A stretch of DNA of 58,899 bases from an uncultured Verrucomicrobiota bacterium (GTDB taxonomy: Bacteria > Verrucomicrobiota > Kiritimatiellia > RFP12 > UBA1067): positions 1-58,899 of the forward strand of contig CAMOFK010000006.1 of assembly GCA_946613265.1 (NCBI GenBank), read 5' to 3'. The translations under genes were made by a program, and so were the position numbers. Of the stretch, positions 43,981 through 54,510 are shown piece after piece. Position 1 is the stretch's first letter. Every line of letters starts with the position of its first letter. Under the pieces are notes generated by a model that was not told the DNA's origin, made no database searches, and worked only from the letters and a program-made list of their open reading frames with translations.

Positions 43981-45471
43981 TTAGTCGGCATTGACAAGCG
44001 CCTCGACTTCGCGGCGGAACGCGCCCATATCCACCTTGCCCTTGAGCGCGGCGGCATAACCGCAACGTCCGGCAATTTCATCGGCTTTCGCTTTGGCCGC
44101 CGGGCCGAGGATGCGGAGCTTTTCGGCGGCTACGATGCCGGCGCGAAGCGCGACGAGCCTTGCGGAAGGTTCGCCGTTTGGATATACGAGGAACGTATCG
44201 CCCGCCTTCCAGCTCTTCGTCTTGAAGGACGCATCTTTGTAGGGATCGGCAGGCCAGGAATTCGCCGCCCAGCGCAGAAAGCCGTCAAAGCCCGCCATGG
44301 CGGGATAGACGCCGAGCCAGAAGCCTTCGTCGTCGGAGCTGAGCATGAAATTGTTCGGGCGCTGCGGCGAGCAGCATACATAGACGGTGGTCTTGCAGCC
44401 CTGCGCGCGGCGCGCATCGAGCGTCTTGAGGAAATCGGGGCTTTTGCCGAGGTGGTGCAGGCCCTGGCTGTAGTTGTCGATCTTGATGCCGTCGAAAGCG
44501 GCGGGGCTCTTGTTGCCTGCCATGGCGACCTTGAGGCCCGGGGCCTTGGCTTGAATTAGCGCGACGATGGCGCGAACATCCTCCGGGGAACGCTCGTCCA
44601 TGGCCATATAGGCGTTCGCGAACCAACCCTTCGCCTTGAGGTGGGCGGAGAAATCGACGAGGAACGCGCCCCAGTATTCCTCGAACTGCGGCGTGCCGGG
44701 CAGCAGTTTCTCGCGGTGCGTCTGGCCGGCGGCATCGCGCCAACTGGCCATGTAGCCCCACGGGCACATCGTGTAGCAGGCGATATCCGGGCCAAGGCCG
44801 CAACTCCGCGCGAACTCCACGTAGCGGTCGAAAAGCGTATAGTCGAATTTCCACGAGCCGTCACCGGCCTTGACGCGGTCTATCATGGAATGGTAGCCGT
44901 CGTAGCACTGGTGGTTCCACGGGAGATCGAGAATGGAGACGGTGATCGTCTTTACGCCGAAGTCGGCTAGCGTGGACCAGACGGTGCGCATTCTCGCGTA
45001 GTGCTCGCTCGAAAACGGCTCGACGTCGAAGTAGCGCGCGACCGCCCACGGATGCTGCCAGAGATCGAGAAAATATTTCCACTCGCGCGGCGGCGGCAGG
45101 ACGCGAGGGAGCACTTCGATTTCGAGCGGCCCGAAGTTCCTCTTGCCTGGCTTGGCATCGGCGGCGACTTCGATCTTGCAAGCGCTTGGCGCTTTCGCGT
45201 CGCCCTGGCGCGCGGTGCGCCAGACATCGGGACGCGAGCGCATATCCACTCCCTTCGGCTTCAATTCGTACGCGACTTCGTCATAGCGGCCTGGCGTGAC
45301 GCAAACGCCATCTTTCGCTATGCAGCCTGCGGCGCCGACGGCCTTCGCTTCATTTTCCGGAAGCTCGAAATACGCGGTTTCGCCGCGCCAGACGCGCGCC
45401 GTGAAGGCGAAAGCGCCGGAACCCAGCATCGAAACGATCGCAAGAGCGGCGAACTTGGTTCTCATTGTCAT
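43981..45471 (-). CDS. GH123/DUF4091 N-acetyl-beta-galactosaminidase-like hydrolase
   Basis: WRGE, LDLWQHPWAVAR, AMDER, YVCC, GFLRWA, AGDTFLVYP. Confidence 0.85.
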   Translation of the reverse strand: MTMRTKFAALAIVSMLGSGAFAFTARVWRGETAYFELPENEAKAVGAAGCIAKDGVCVTPGRYDEVAYELKPKGVDMRSRPDVWRTARQGDAKAPSACKIEVAADAKPGKRNFGPLEIEVLPRVLPPPREWKYFLDLWQHPWAVARYFDVEPFSSEHYARMRTVWSTLADFGVKTITVSILDLPWNHQCYDGYHSMIDRVKAGDGSWKFDYTLFDRYVEFARSCGLGPDIACYTMCPWGYMASWRDAAGQTHREKLLPGTPQFEEYWGAFLVDFSAHLKAKGWFANAYMAMDERSPEDVRAIVALIQAKAPGLKVAMAGNKSPAAFDGIKIDNYSQGLHHLGKSPDFLKTLDARRAQGCKTTVYVCCSPQRPNNFMLSSDDEGFWLGVYPAMAGFDGFLRWAANSWPADPYKDASFKTKSWKAGDTFLVYPNGEPSARLVALRAGIVAAEKLRILGPAAKAKADEIAGRCGYAAALKGKVDMGAFRREVEALVNAD

Positions 45472-45549
45472 TTCCCTTTCTTTAAAATTGAACTGAATAT
45501 GAGAGCGCCGAGTGCGGAACTTTGTTTTGTCCGCTGCGCGGCGCGCCGG

Positions 45550-47322
45550 CTATTTGGCGGCGGTTGGCGGCGGCGCGGCGTTTTTGCGCTTCGCCTCCTG
45601 CACGAAGAAAGCGCGCCAGCGCGGGATGTACCAATCGCGAAGAAGCTCGGCGTATTCGCGATTCGCGTAATCGGCGAGCTGCGTGTGGCCGAGGCTCGCG
45701 GCATTCCAGGTCGTCACCATGCGCAGCCAGGCGGCGGCGCCGCGCTCGCCTGCGCGACGCCGCGCGACATCTTGCCAATATTCGAGGCGGAACGGCGGAG
45801 GGACTTCGTCGATCGGGCGCGAAGAGACCGCGTCGAACAGCTTTTCGCATTCGGCGGCGGCGGCGGCATCGCCCTTCGCGATTCGCGGCAGCAAGGCGCG
45901 GAATCTATTCGCTTCGAGCTGTCTGTGGATATCGTATAGATCGCAGGCGAGCGCGCGCGAGGGATGCGCCTTCGCCGCGTCTTCCATCAGCGAGGCGGCG
46001 TTTTCGAGTTGCGAAGAGTCGTACCAAACGCCCTTTCGCGGCCCCCACGAACTCGCGCGCACGGCATTCCACGCCGGCTGCGCGCACATCAGATTCTCGA
46101 CCGTTCCCTGCTGCGCGTACGGGCAGGCGTATGCCGTCGCGGCGAGAATGCGCCACGCCTTGGCGAGGCGGGCGTCTTTCGTGCCATAGCGCTTTGCGAC
46201 CCAATCGTCCAGCCAAGCGGCAAGTTCGGCGTCCGACATCTCGGCGCCGGACTCGCGCATCATCATCTCTTCAAATAGATCGCTGCACACCTCGTTCGTG
46301 AAAAAGCCTTCCGAAAGCGCGCCATAGCCGCGGAACGTCGCCGCGCCAACGCCCTTTGCGGCGCGTCCGAGGCGCGCGTACGTCTTGAGGTTGCCGTAGA
46401 GGCCGTGGTTGCCGCCGAAATTCAGCACTTCGCACCACACCCAGGGGAACGCGCCGAATGAAAGCCCGCACGACGCATCATCCTTTACGAAAGCGGTCAT
46501 ATCCGCGACGAGCGCTTCGATGAGAGTATAGCGGGGATCGAGACCGGCGAGCAGTTCTTTTTTCGGATTGCCCGCCCAGCCTTGCAAAACCCACGTCACG
46601 CCGGGGAAGGCGCTCTGCTGGGTCGCCTGCACGGCGCGCGCCGCCGCCGTGACGTTTATGCCGGCGGCGTTGCCGCCTTCGTGGAACAGATCGCCGGCGA
46701 GATACTTCGGCTTGAAGCCATAGACCTTCTCGAGATTGCGGTGCCAGGCGGCGGCGGCGAGCGCGAACGCCGGGCACGTGGGGTCTATGACCGGCGGGCG
46801 TTCGTAGCACAGCCACTTGCCTTGCGGCATAAGCCGCAGCCCCGCGGCCTTCAACGGCTCCGGAGAGAAGTTCGGCCACATGCCGAAAAAGCCTTGAAGG
46901 ATAGGCTCTATGCCCTTCTCGCGCATCTTCGCGGCGATGCGCCGCCCGCGCTCGCCGTCTTCGTCGATAGTCTTGCCGTCGATGGGTCCGCCTTCACCCG
47001 AGAGGTTGTCCATGAGCCACCACGCGCGCGCGCACTCGTCGGGGATGAAGGCGCGAATGGCATCGCCGGAAACGCCTAGCTCGCGCAACGTCTCTTGCCA
47101 GACTTTCTGCGTGCCGTCGAGAACGAGCGCGACATTGTAGCCTGCGGCGGCGAGGCGGTCTATCTCGCGCTCCCACATCTCGTCGGAGAAGTACGCGAAG
47201 GTATAGGAGAGCGTGCAGTAGTTGTATGCTATGCGAAGCGGCGGCGGCGCCGCCACGCCGTCGAAAGCGGCCGGTGCGGCGGCCAACGACGCTATGCAGA
47301 GGGCTTTGAATGCTTTGTTCAT
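45550..47322 (-). CDS. GH89 alpha-N-acetylglucosaminidase-like protein (compact)
   Basis: NYCTLSY, WEREID, WWLMDNL, DLFHEGG, WVLQGW, NFGG, EG, VTTW, DYANRE motifs. Confidence 0.85.
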   Translation of the reverse strand: MNKAFKALCIASLAAAPAAFDGVAAPPPLRIAYNYCTLSYTFAYFSDEMWEREIDRLAAAGYNVALVLDGTQKVWQETLRELGVSGDAIRAFIPDECARAWWLMDNLSGEGGPIDGKTIDEDGERGRRIAAKMREKGIEPILQGFFGMWPNFSPEPLKAAGLRLMPQGKWLCYERPPVIDPTCPAFALAAAAWHRNLEKVYGFKPKYLAGDLFHEGGNAAGINVTAAARAVQATQQSAFPGVTWVLQGWAGNPKKELLAGLDPRYTLIEALVADMTAFVKDDASCGLSFGAFPWVWCEVLNFGGNHGLYGNLKTYARLGRAAKGVGAATFRGYGALSEGFFTNEVCSDLFEEMMMRESGAEMSDAELAAWLDDWVAKRYGTKDARLAKAWRILAATAYACPYAQQGTVENLMCAQPAWNAVRASSWGPRKGVWYDSSQLENAASLMEDAAKAHPSRALACDLYDIHRQLEANRFRALLPRIAKGDAAAAAECEKLFDAVSSRPIDEVPPPFRLEYWQDVARRRAGERGAAAWLRMVTTWNAASLGHTQLADYANREYAELLRDWYIPRWRAFFVQEAKRKNAAPPPTAAK

Positions 47323-47360
47323 GATGTCGGTGTGTTTTCCGAGTTGGACGAAGGCAGATG

Positions 47361-47831
47361 CTATTCCCGTTCCCAAAGCTTGAAATCGGCATCGGCGATA
47401 CGCGGGAAGCGGCGCCCGGCTTCGTCGTACATCTCGAGGCGCCCGGTGACGACGATAGGCGATTCGTTTGGCGGGAAATCCCCCGGCCACGAATATTTCG
47501 CCTTTGGAAGGAACTCCACAGGATCAACGACAGAGCAGCAAACGCATCCCGCCTCGGACGCGGGAGCGATGGCGAACGAGCGATGGACGCCCGCGGAGTC
47601 TTCGTCTTCGGCAAGGACGAAAGCGCCCGCGAGGCGCAGCGTCTTGCCTTCGAACTCGACGGGATTAGCGGCGAGGCGGTAGGTTGTCGAAGATCGCAAC
47701 GAGGGCTTCATGCTCATCAAATCGAAATCGACATCGGCGCGCGGCGTAGGCGCGTCGAGCATGCAAAAAAGCGCGACGGCCGCGAAAGGCAGCGCCGCCA
47801 ATGAAAACTTCGCGATGGCGGAGGCTTTCAC
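47361..47831 (-). CDS. Metal ABC transporter-associated exported protein (CC motif)
   Basis: GTG start overlaps the znuB stop; VDFDL, NP.EFEGKT, CCS, VEF pattern. Confidence 0.6.
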   Translation of the reverse strand: MKASAIAKFSLAALPFAAVALFCMLDAPTPRADVDFDLMSMKPSLRSSTTYRLAANPVEFEGKTLRLAGAFVLAEDEDSAGVHRSFAIAPASEAGCVCCSVVDPVEFLPKAKYSWPGDFPPNESPIVVTGRLEMYDEAGRRFPRIADADFKLWERE

Positions 47832-48652
47832 CGCTTGAACCTCCCGGCGAGGGACAAAATCCCAAAGCCCGCTATGTCCGCCGCTACGATAGTCGAGCCG
47901 ACAGGCGTTCCGGCGACGACTGCCGCGAGGATGCCCGCGAGCGAACACACGACAGTAAAGACGGCGGCGACGGCGCACACGCCGCGAAAAGATTTCGCAA
48001 CGCGCATCGCCGCGATCGCGGGCACGACGATAAGCGAAGAGACGAGCAGCGTGCCCACGAGACGCATGGAGATCACGATCACCACGGCGATGACGACGGC
48101 AGAGACGCTGTTGAAGAGGGCGGTGCGCGCCCCGCAAGCCTTGGCGTATGTCTCGTCGAATGTCATGTCGAATATGCGGTGGTAGAAGAAAAGCCAAAGC
48201 GCGCATACGGCGAGCGAAAGCCCCACGGAGAGCCAGACGTCAAGGTCCGTCAATGTCAATATTGACACGGAACCGAAGAGCGTGGTGCAGACATCTCCGG
48301 AAACGTTCGACGACGAGGGCTTGAGATTCATCACAAGATACCCCGTCGCCATCGCGCCGACGGAAAGCATAGCCAGCATCGCATCCGCGCCAGTCTTGGC
48401 GCCGCGGCCCGCGCGCACCAGGAGAAGCGCCGCCGCTATCGTCACCGGCAGACTGAGCGCCATCGTATCCGCAAGCGAAAGCGCGCCGGCGACGGCCATG
48501 GCGCCGAAGGCGACATGCGAAAGCCCGTCGCCGATGAACGACAGCCTCTTCAAGACGAGCGGAACGCCGAGAAGCGCGGCGCAAAGCGATATGAGCACGC
48601 CGGCCACAAGCGCGTTCTGGACGAACGGATATGATAGATATTCCAGTATCAT
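47828..48652 (-). CDS. znuB: Zn/Mn ABC transporter permease
   Basis: GDGLSHVAF, LFGS, GTLLVSSL motifs. Confidence 0.9.
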   Translation of the reverse strand: MILEYLSYPFVQNALVAGVLISLCAALLGVPLVLKRLSFIGDGLSHVAFGAMAVAGALSLADTMALSLPVTIAAALLLVRAGRGAKTGADAMLAMLSVGAMATGYLVMNLKPSSSNVSGDVCTTLFGSVSILTLTDLDVWLSVGLSLAVCALWLFFYHRIFDMTFDETYAKACGARTALFNSVSAVVIAVVIVISMRLVGTLLVSSLIVVPAIAAMRVAKSFRGVCAVAAVFTVVCSLAGILAAVVAGTPVGSTIVAADIAGFGILSLAGRFKR

Positions 48653-48656
48653 GGCG

Positions 48657-49319
48657 TCATCCGTGCCGTTCGTTCGTCTTGAAAGACGCATCTTCGCCCA
48701 GCGTCAAGATGTGGGTGGAGGCCGCGAGCGCCGCGGTCAGGTCGTGGGTGACCATGACAATCGCGAGGCCGTCGGCGCTCAATCTGGAAATCAGCCTGTA
48801 GAAATCCGCCGTGGCCTCGGCGTCCAAGCCGTTCGTCGGCTCGTCGAGAAGCAATAGACGGCAATTCCCGCAAAGGGCGCGCGCGAGGAGGGTCTTCTGG
48901 CGCTGGCCTCCCGAAAGCTCGCGATAGCAGCGGTCTGCGAGCGGCGCTATGCCCAGGCGGACCATCGCAGCAAGCGCGCGGCGCTTTTCGCCGCGCGAAT
49001 AAAACGGCCTCCAGCCTCTGCGGGCCTGGCAGCCGGATTGCACGACTTCGCGGACGGAAGCGGGGAAGTCGCGCTGCATCGGGCCTTGCTGCGGGAGATA
49101 GCCGATCTGGCCGTCTTCGAAATCGCTTGCAAATTCGATAGTGCCTGCGAGGGGCTTGGCGAGGCCGGCGATGCACTTCAGAAGCGTCGTTTTGCCCGAG
49201 CCGTTGTGGCCGACCACGCAAAGGCAATCTCCCGGCCCGACGTTGAAATCGGGGCAGGGGGCCAAAACGTGCGTACCGTAGCCCAAAAGCAAGTCGCGGC
49301 ATTCAACGAGCTTCTGCAT
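48657..49319 (-). CDS. znuC: Zn/Mn ABC transporter ATPase
   Basis: GHNGSGKT, GYLPQ, LSGGQRQ, LLLDEP, VTHD. Confidence 0.9.
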   Translation of the reverse strand: MQKLVECRDLLLGYGTHVLAPCPDFNVGPGDCLCVVGHNGSGKTTLLKCIAGLAKPLAGTIEFASDFEDGQIGYLPQQGPMQRDFPASVREVVQSGCQARRGWRPFYSRGEKRRALAAMVRLGIAPLADRCYRELSGGQRQKTLLARALCGNCRLLLLDEPTNGLDAEATADFYRLISRLSADGLAIVMVTHDLTAALAASTHILTLGEDASFKTNERHG

Positions 49320-49330
49320 TCGAGATCCTT

Positions 49331-50314
49331 TCAGTTGAGCGCGGCTTTGAGAACTTCGAGATTGCGCTTCATCGCGTCGAGATAGCGCGTCGTCCCGGCG
49401 GCGTCCGCGCCGGTGGATTGCAGGGAATCGAGCGCGAGAATGCGCTGGTCGCGCGTCTTCGTAGCGCGGCGCACGGCTTCGGCGATCTTCGAATTCGGGC
49501 TTTCGGTCGTAAGGATGACGGGCAGGCGGAGTTCGTCAAGCTTGCGCGCTAGGAAAGCGATCGTCTTGAAGCTCGCTTCGCTCTCGGCGGAGCAGCCGGG
49601 GAAGGCCGCATGAAAGGCGAGCGAGTAGTCGTCCGCAAGATACCTGAAAGGGAAACGGTCGGCCACGAGGATGGTCTTTCGCCTGGCGGAAGCGACGGCT
49701 GCGGCGTATTCGGCGTCGAGCGCGGCGAGGCGCTGGCGATACGCCGATGCGTTCGCGCGGTACGTCTGCGCGTTCGCGGGGTCGATGGCGCAGATTTCAT
49801 TTGCGATCGCCTCCACGAGCGTAGCGGCATGGCGCAGGGAAAGCCAGACATGCTCGTCCAATTCGCGCTCGCCGCCGTGGCGGGCTTCGTTATGGCAAGC
49901 GGCGTCGTGGCAGGCGTGCCCATGCTCCATGCCTTCGGCATGCTTCTCTTCCTTGGCGGCCGCGCCCAGAGTCTGCATGAGATTCAGGACGCGGCGGCCG
50001 GGCTTCGCGTCCTGCGCGAGCACGCGCGGCGCCCACGAATCGGATTCGCCTCCATTATATATAAATAGATCGCAGGCGGCGACGACGCGCAAATCCGCGG
50101 CTGTCGGGATGTAGCTGTGGAGATCGGCGCCGCTGCGAAGGAGCAGCACAAGCTCCGCGCCGCCGGCGTTGTCGCCGAGAATCTGGCGCGTCCAGTCGTA
50201 TATCGGGAAAGTCGTCGCGACGATCCTGGCGCGCGGCGGCGCGGCGGGCGGCGGCGGCGCCGCGAATACGAGCGCCGCCAGCATCGCGGAGATGGAGAAA
50301 ACTGTCTTTTTCAT
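49331..50314 (-). CDS. znuA: Zn/Mn ABC transporter substrate-binding protein
   Basis: DLHSY, His-rich loop, DEHVWLS, DRFPFRY, ESE motifs. Confidence 0.9.
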   Translation of the reverse strand: MKKTVFSISAMLAALVFAAPPPPAAPPRARIVATTFPIYDWTRQILGDNAGGAELVLLLRSGADLHSYIPTAADLRVVAACDLFIYNGGESDSWAPRVLAQDAKPGRRVLNLMQTLGAAAKEEKHAEGMEHGHACHDAACHNEARHGGERELDEHVWLSLRHAATLVEAIANEICAIDPANAQTYRANASAYRQRLAALDAEYAAAVASARRKTILVADRFPFRYLADDYSLAFHAAFPGCSAESEASFKTIAFLARKLDELRLPVILTTESPNSKIAEAVRRATKTRDQRILALDSLQSTGADAAGTTRYLDAMKRNLEVLKAALN

Positions 50315-50384
50315 TCTTCTGCTTTCCTTGGTATCCGCTGGCGGGAAGAGACGGCGCGAGAGACGGGAACGCTGCGGCAGGCTC

Positions 50385-51176
50385 TCAGACCGGCCAGCCG
50401 AGTTTGCGCGAAAGCACCGCGAATGGATCGTAGCCGGGCAGCTCGACAAGGCACGCGCTCTCGCGCGCCTTCGATACGACGATGGCTTCGTCGCACTCGA
50501 GCATGAACACCCCGTCGCCGTCCGCATACACGCCGAGGCGCTCGCCGCGGCCGTTCACGCGCCTGCGGGATGTCAGCTTGAAATACACGCCGTCGTTGGC
50601 TACGAAGGCGCGCACGCCGAGCGCGTGCGGATTCATCGGCGTGACGACAAGCGCCGACGTATCCGGCATGAGGATCGGCCCTCCGGCGGCCAGGGAATAT
50701 GCCGTGGAGCCGGTCGGCGTGGCGATCACGAGGCCGTCGGCCGCATAGCGCGTGACGGCGCGTCCGCCGGTCTCGAGGTCGATCCATGCGGCGTGGCCTG
50801 TAAGCTCGCGCATGGCGGCGATTTCATTCAGCGCCACCGCCCTTTCGCCCGTTGAAGGCTTTACGACTTGGAGCATGGTGCGGCGCGAAACCGTCCAATT
50901 CCCGCTTGCGAGTTTGTCGAGGGCATCCTCGAAACCGCCTTCTTCGACAGTGGCCAGATAACCGAGCGAGCCGAGATTGAACCCGAGGACGGGCATGCCC
51001 GGATGGTGGTGGACGGCGCGGAGAATCGTGCCGTCGCCGCCAAGCGCCACCACTATATCGCTGGCGGCGCCGTCCGCGCAAAGCTCCAGACCGCGTGCGC
51101 GCGCAAGCCGCGCCACTTCGCTTTTCGCGGCTGCGGCACGATCGCTCGCTTCGTTGGTATGCAAATGCAGACGCAT
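50385..51176 (-). CDS. nadK: NAD kinase
   Basis: GGDGT, NLGSLGYL, LNE, DGLVIATPTGSTAYSLAAGG. Confidence 0.95.
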   Translation of the reverse strand: MRLHLHTNEASDRAAAAKSEVARLARARGLELCADGAASDIVVALGGDGTILRAVHHHPGMPVLGFNLGSLGYLATVEEGGFEDALDKLASGNWTVSRRTMLQVVKPSTGERAVALNEIAAMRELTGHAAWIDLETGGRAVTRYAADGLVIATPTGSTAYSLAAGGPILMPDTSALVVTPMNPHALGVRAFVANDGVYFKLTSRRRVNGRGERLGVYADGDGVFMLECDEAIVVSKARESACLVELPGYDPFAVLSRKLGWPV

Positions 51177-51313
51177 GCGGTTTCGGTTTTCCGGGACGCG
51201 GCCAATCCCTTCATTTACTTGTCGTTGCGGAGAATCGTGGAGAAAAGCCGGCCTCAATCCAATCCCGGGCAATCAGCCGCCATTCGACCTAAGCGCCTTC
51301 GGGCCACGGGACT

Positions 51314-52084
51314 TCAGGGATAGTCGGCCGGCAAAGTGAGTACCTCGCAGCCATCGTCGGTGATGGCGACGGTGTGTTCGAAATGGGCGCTCGGCGATCT
51401 GTCGGCGGTATGCACGGTCCAGTTGTCGGAATCGACATACGTGCGCTCGCCGGCCTTCGTAAGCGAAATCATCGGCTCTATCGCGATCGTCATGCCCGGC
51501 TTGAGGACGAGTTTCGTGCCCGGCCTTCCGTAGTTCGGGACTTCCGGCTCTTCATGGACGGAGCGACCTACGCCATGCCCCACCCAATCCCGCACGACCC
51601 CGAAACCTTCGGCGAGCGCCACCTGTTCGATCGCATGGCCGACATCGCCGAGATGCACCCCCGGGCCGCAAGCCGCGATGCCCGCGGCGAGGCAGCGTTT
51701 CGTCGTCTCGACCAGCCGGAGTATATCAGGATCGGTGACGCCGACGGCGACGGTGCGCGATGTATCGCCGTTGAAACCGCCTTTGAATATGCCTACGTCG
51801 GTCTTGACGAGATCGCCCGGCATGATCATTCTATTGCGGCTCGGGATGCCGTGGATGACTTCGTCGTTGATCGAGACGCAGATATGCCCGGGGTAGCCGG
51901 CGTATTTGTAGAAACTCGCTTTGACCTTGTGCTTCTGGCAGTACGCGACGACAAGCTCGTCGATTTCCATCGTCGTTATGCCGGGGCGAACGGCGCTCGC
52001 GCAAATGTCGCGAATCTCCGCGGACATCCTGCACGCCTCGCGCATGCGGGCGATCTCCTCTTTGGTCTTGATATCGATCTTCAT
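51314..52084 (-). CDS. map: Type I methionine aminopeptidase
   Basis: CVSINDEVIHGIP, GHGVG, HEEP, IEPM, HFEHT. Confidence 0.96.
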   Translation of the reverse strand: MKIDIKTKEEIARMREACRMSAEIRDICASAVRPGITTMEIDELVVAYCQKHKVKASFYKYAGYPGHICVSINDEVIHGIPSRNRMIMPGDLVKTDVGIFKGGFNGDTSRTVAVGVTDPDILRLVETTKRCLAAGIAACGPGVHLGDVGHAIEQVALAEGFGVVRDWVGHGVGRSVHEEPEVPNYGRPGTKLVLKPGMTIAIEPMISLTKAGERTYVDSDNWTVHTADRSPSAHFEHTVAITDDGCEVLTLPADYP

Positions 52085-52094
52085 CGATCGCGCC

Positions 52095-52736
52095 TCAGAG
52101 TCCGGCGAGGAGTTTGCCGAATGCTTCGACGATATTGTCCAGCCCCGCCATGCCGTCGAGAGTATTCAGAATCCCTTTGTCGCGGTAGTAGGCGACGAGC
52201 GGTTCGGTCTGGCGGTGATAGACTTCGAGACGGTCGCGAACGGTTTCGGGGTTGTCGTCTTTGCGCACGACGAGCTTTTCGCCGCAGTTGTCGCAAACGC
52301 CTTCCACCTTCGGAGGGAAGTTGCGCACGTGATAGCCCGCCTTGCACTTCGGGCAAAGGCGGCGCCCGGCGATCCTGTCGTGGATGATTTCGTCGGGCAC
52401 GTCGATCAGCACGGCGGCGCGGACATTCGCGCCGATGCCGTCGAGAATGCCGGCCTGCGCGAGATTGCGCGGGAAGCCGTCGAGAAGCATCGTGGAACCG
52501 GCGTCGCCGGCGGCCACGACATCCTTGATCATCGCGGCGATGAGCGCGTCCGGGACGAGTTCGCCCTTCTCCATGTAGCCCTTCGCCTCGATGCCCGCCT
52601 GCGTGCCGGCGGCTATCGCTCCGCGCAGCAAATCTCCCGAAGAAACATGCTTGAGTCTGGAATCGCCGGCGGCGAGTTTCCCTGCGACAGTCCCCTTGCC
52701 CGATCCGGGCGCACCAAGAAGAATTACGATGTTCAT
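52095..52736 (-). CDS. adk: Adenylate kinase (Zn-lid type)
   Basis: GAPGSGKGT, SGDLLR, LDGFPR, CxxC..CxxC lid, RKDD; TGGTATAAT at 52747-52755. Confidence 0.96.
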   Translation of the reverse strand: MNIVILLGAPGSGKGTVAGKLAAGDSRLKHVSSGDLLRGAIAAGTQAGIEAKGYMEKGELVPDALIAAMIKDVVAAGDAGSTMLLDGFPRNLAQAGILDGIGANVRAAVLIDVPDEIIHDRIAGRRLCPKCKAGYHVRNFPPKVEGVCDNCGEKLVVRKDDNPETVRDRLEVYHRQTEPLVAYYRDKGILNTLDGMAGLDNIVEAFGKLLAGL

Positions 52737-52895
52737 GACGTTCGATATTATACCATATTTCGGCGCGCGCATGTTGGCGCGCGCGCATGCGAATCGGGCA
52801 GGCCGCATTTGCTTCCCGGGGCACGCCGGGATGCGCCCCGGTTCCGGCGAAAACCGCTTGCCGGCGCTTTCGCTCCGTGGCGGCCGCGGCATGCC

Positions 52896-52928
52896 AAAAC
52901 GGCGCCGCGTCGAGCGCGGCGCCGTTTT
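52896..52928. terminator. Bidirectional Rho-independent terminator
   Basis: aaaacggcgccgcg/cgcggcgccgtttt perfect 14-bp stem. Confidence 0.75.
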
Positions 52929-52972
52929 CCACGTGAAGCCGCGGCGGATTGCACGGCGCTCCTTGCGCAGGG

Positions 52973-54208
52973 CTACTTCTTGAACTGGCGGCGATAATCT
53001 CGCATCGTCATTCCGTAAGTCCTCTTGAAAAGGACGAATGCGTTCGTCGTCAGGGAATAACCGGACTTGATGACGATCTCGGATATTCGCATGTTGGTGT
53101 TCTTGAGCAACTCGCAGATGTTGTTCATGCGCTCTTCGCTTATCAGCGCATGGACGGTGGTGCCGAGCGATTCGCGCACGCGGACTTCGAGCGTGCGGCG
53201 GGAGACTCCGAGACCGCGCGCGACATCGAGAACGGAAATCCCCTCCTTCGCGTTCGCCTTGATGAACTCCTTGGCGCGCGAGGCGACATTGCCGTAGCCG
53301 CGGCTGGAAGACGTCGATAAACGCTCCTTTATCGTGCACTCGCTGACGACCGCGAAGCGCCGTCCGTCAGGACCGACGGCCACCTTCTGCTCGCCGCTTG
53401 CGATATCGATCGCCATATCCACAGCCGTCGCCGCGACTTCGGAATATCCGGGGACGATGCTCGTGACGGCGTCCAGCATGACTTCTTCCGCGCCGAAGCG
53501 TCCATCGACGCCGAGGATTTCGATCTGGCCGGGGATCTTGATGCCGGCGCGGCGGCAGTGGCGGGCGACGCGACTGGCGAGATTCTCGCCGTTGACGAAT
53601 ATTCCGCAGGGGTAAGGCAAAGCCGCGATCCATCTTTCGATGTCGCTGTTGGCGTCTTCCCAGAAATCGTCGTTGCGGGAAAGCGTGCCGACGAGGAACT
53701 GCTCGAAAGTCATGTTGGATTCGAGCTTCTTGGCGAGCGTCGAATGGAATGTCGCGAGGCGAATGTTGCCGGAGACGTCTTCGCGATCGCCGCGCGGCCC
53801 GAGAAACGCATAGTTGCGCATGCCGTGCGTGAGGAAATACTCCGCGGCTTCGCGGCCGATCGCCGCATTGTCGAGCATCACGGCGCCGCCATTGCCGAGC
53901 AAAGCCCACTCGTCTTCGGAAAACGGCGAATACGTCGCTATCACGACCGGCGGGTGGTCCGGCGAGTCTTTGATAAATTTGAAAACCGTTTCGCGGCGGA
54001 TGCCGCAGAAAATCATCACATCGATTCCCGAGATTGCAAATGCAGCCAGATTCTCGGATGTCGTTGCAGCGCTCCCGAGAAAATAGCGCAGCGTCAGATT
54101 CGGATAAGCCGGCGAACGGTTCACGATCTGTCGCTCAATACCCCGCAGCACCTCTCTGCTGGGCTTGAATGCAGTGTTTACAACTGCCCCTATGCGTAAC
54201 TTTTTCAT
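52973..54208 (-). CDS. XylR-type regulator (periplasmic-binding fold + AraC HTH)
   Basis: DNAAIG, IPGQIEILGVD; C-terminal SRRTLE..R, FKRTYGMT; TGCTATAAT at 54310-54318. Confidence 0.85.
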   Translation of the reverse strand: MKKLRIGAVVNTAFKPSREVLRGIERQIVNRSPAYPNLTLRYFLGSAATTSENLAAFAISGIDVMIFCGIRRETVFKFIKDSPDHPPVVIATYSPFSEDEWALLGNGGAVMLDNAAIGREAAEYFLTHGMRNYAFLGPRGDREDVSGNIRLATFHSTLAKKLESNMTFEQFLVGTLSRNDDFWEDANSDIERWIAALPYPCGIFVNGENLASRVARHCRRAGIKIPGQIEILGVDGRFGAEEVMLDAVTSIVPGYSEVAATAVDMAIDIASGEQKVAVGPDGRRFAVVSECTIKERLSTSSSRGYGNVASRAKEFIKANAKEGISVLDVARGLGVSRRTLEVRVRESLGTTVHALISEERMNNICELLKNTNMRISEIVIKSGYSLTTNAFVLFKRTYGMTMRDYRRQFKK

Positions 54209-54510
54209 CAACAGCCTTTTTTAAATTGGTAGTGGCAAAATTGATATTGCCATTCCCAATATATAATTCTGGCAGATTAGACCACTTAGACCATAGATTC
54301 GTGACCCGTATTATAGCATATTGTCCGTGAGCCGTCTTTGGTGTTTGCGCATTTTTTTCTTCTGTTTTTGTGCAAGTTTTCGGGGGGTGCGGAGTGGAAT
54401 AGAGGCGCATATGCGCCTTCATAAGCGCCCGTTTCCCGTCTCCGATGCGGCGCGCGGGCCGCGAAAGGAGGCGGGAGGGGAGCGCCGCGGAGGTTGGGTG
54501 CAAGCCAAGC

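Noticed and set aside
43513-44559. Plus-strand ORFs spanning the 22-bp array
   Set aside because: The period is not a multiple of 3, the translation is low-complexity, and the ORFs overlap GH123 antisense
54277-54293. Direct repeat ttagacca x2 upstream of the XylR-type gene as an operator
   Set aside because: Only two short copies and no second site to support it
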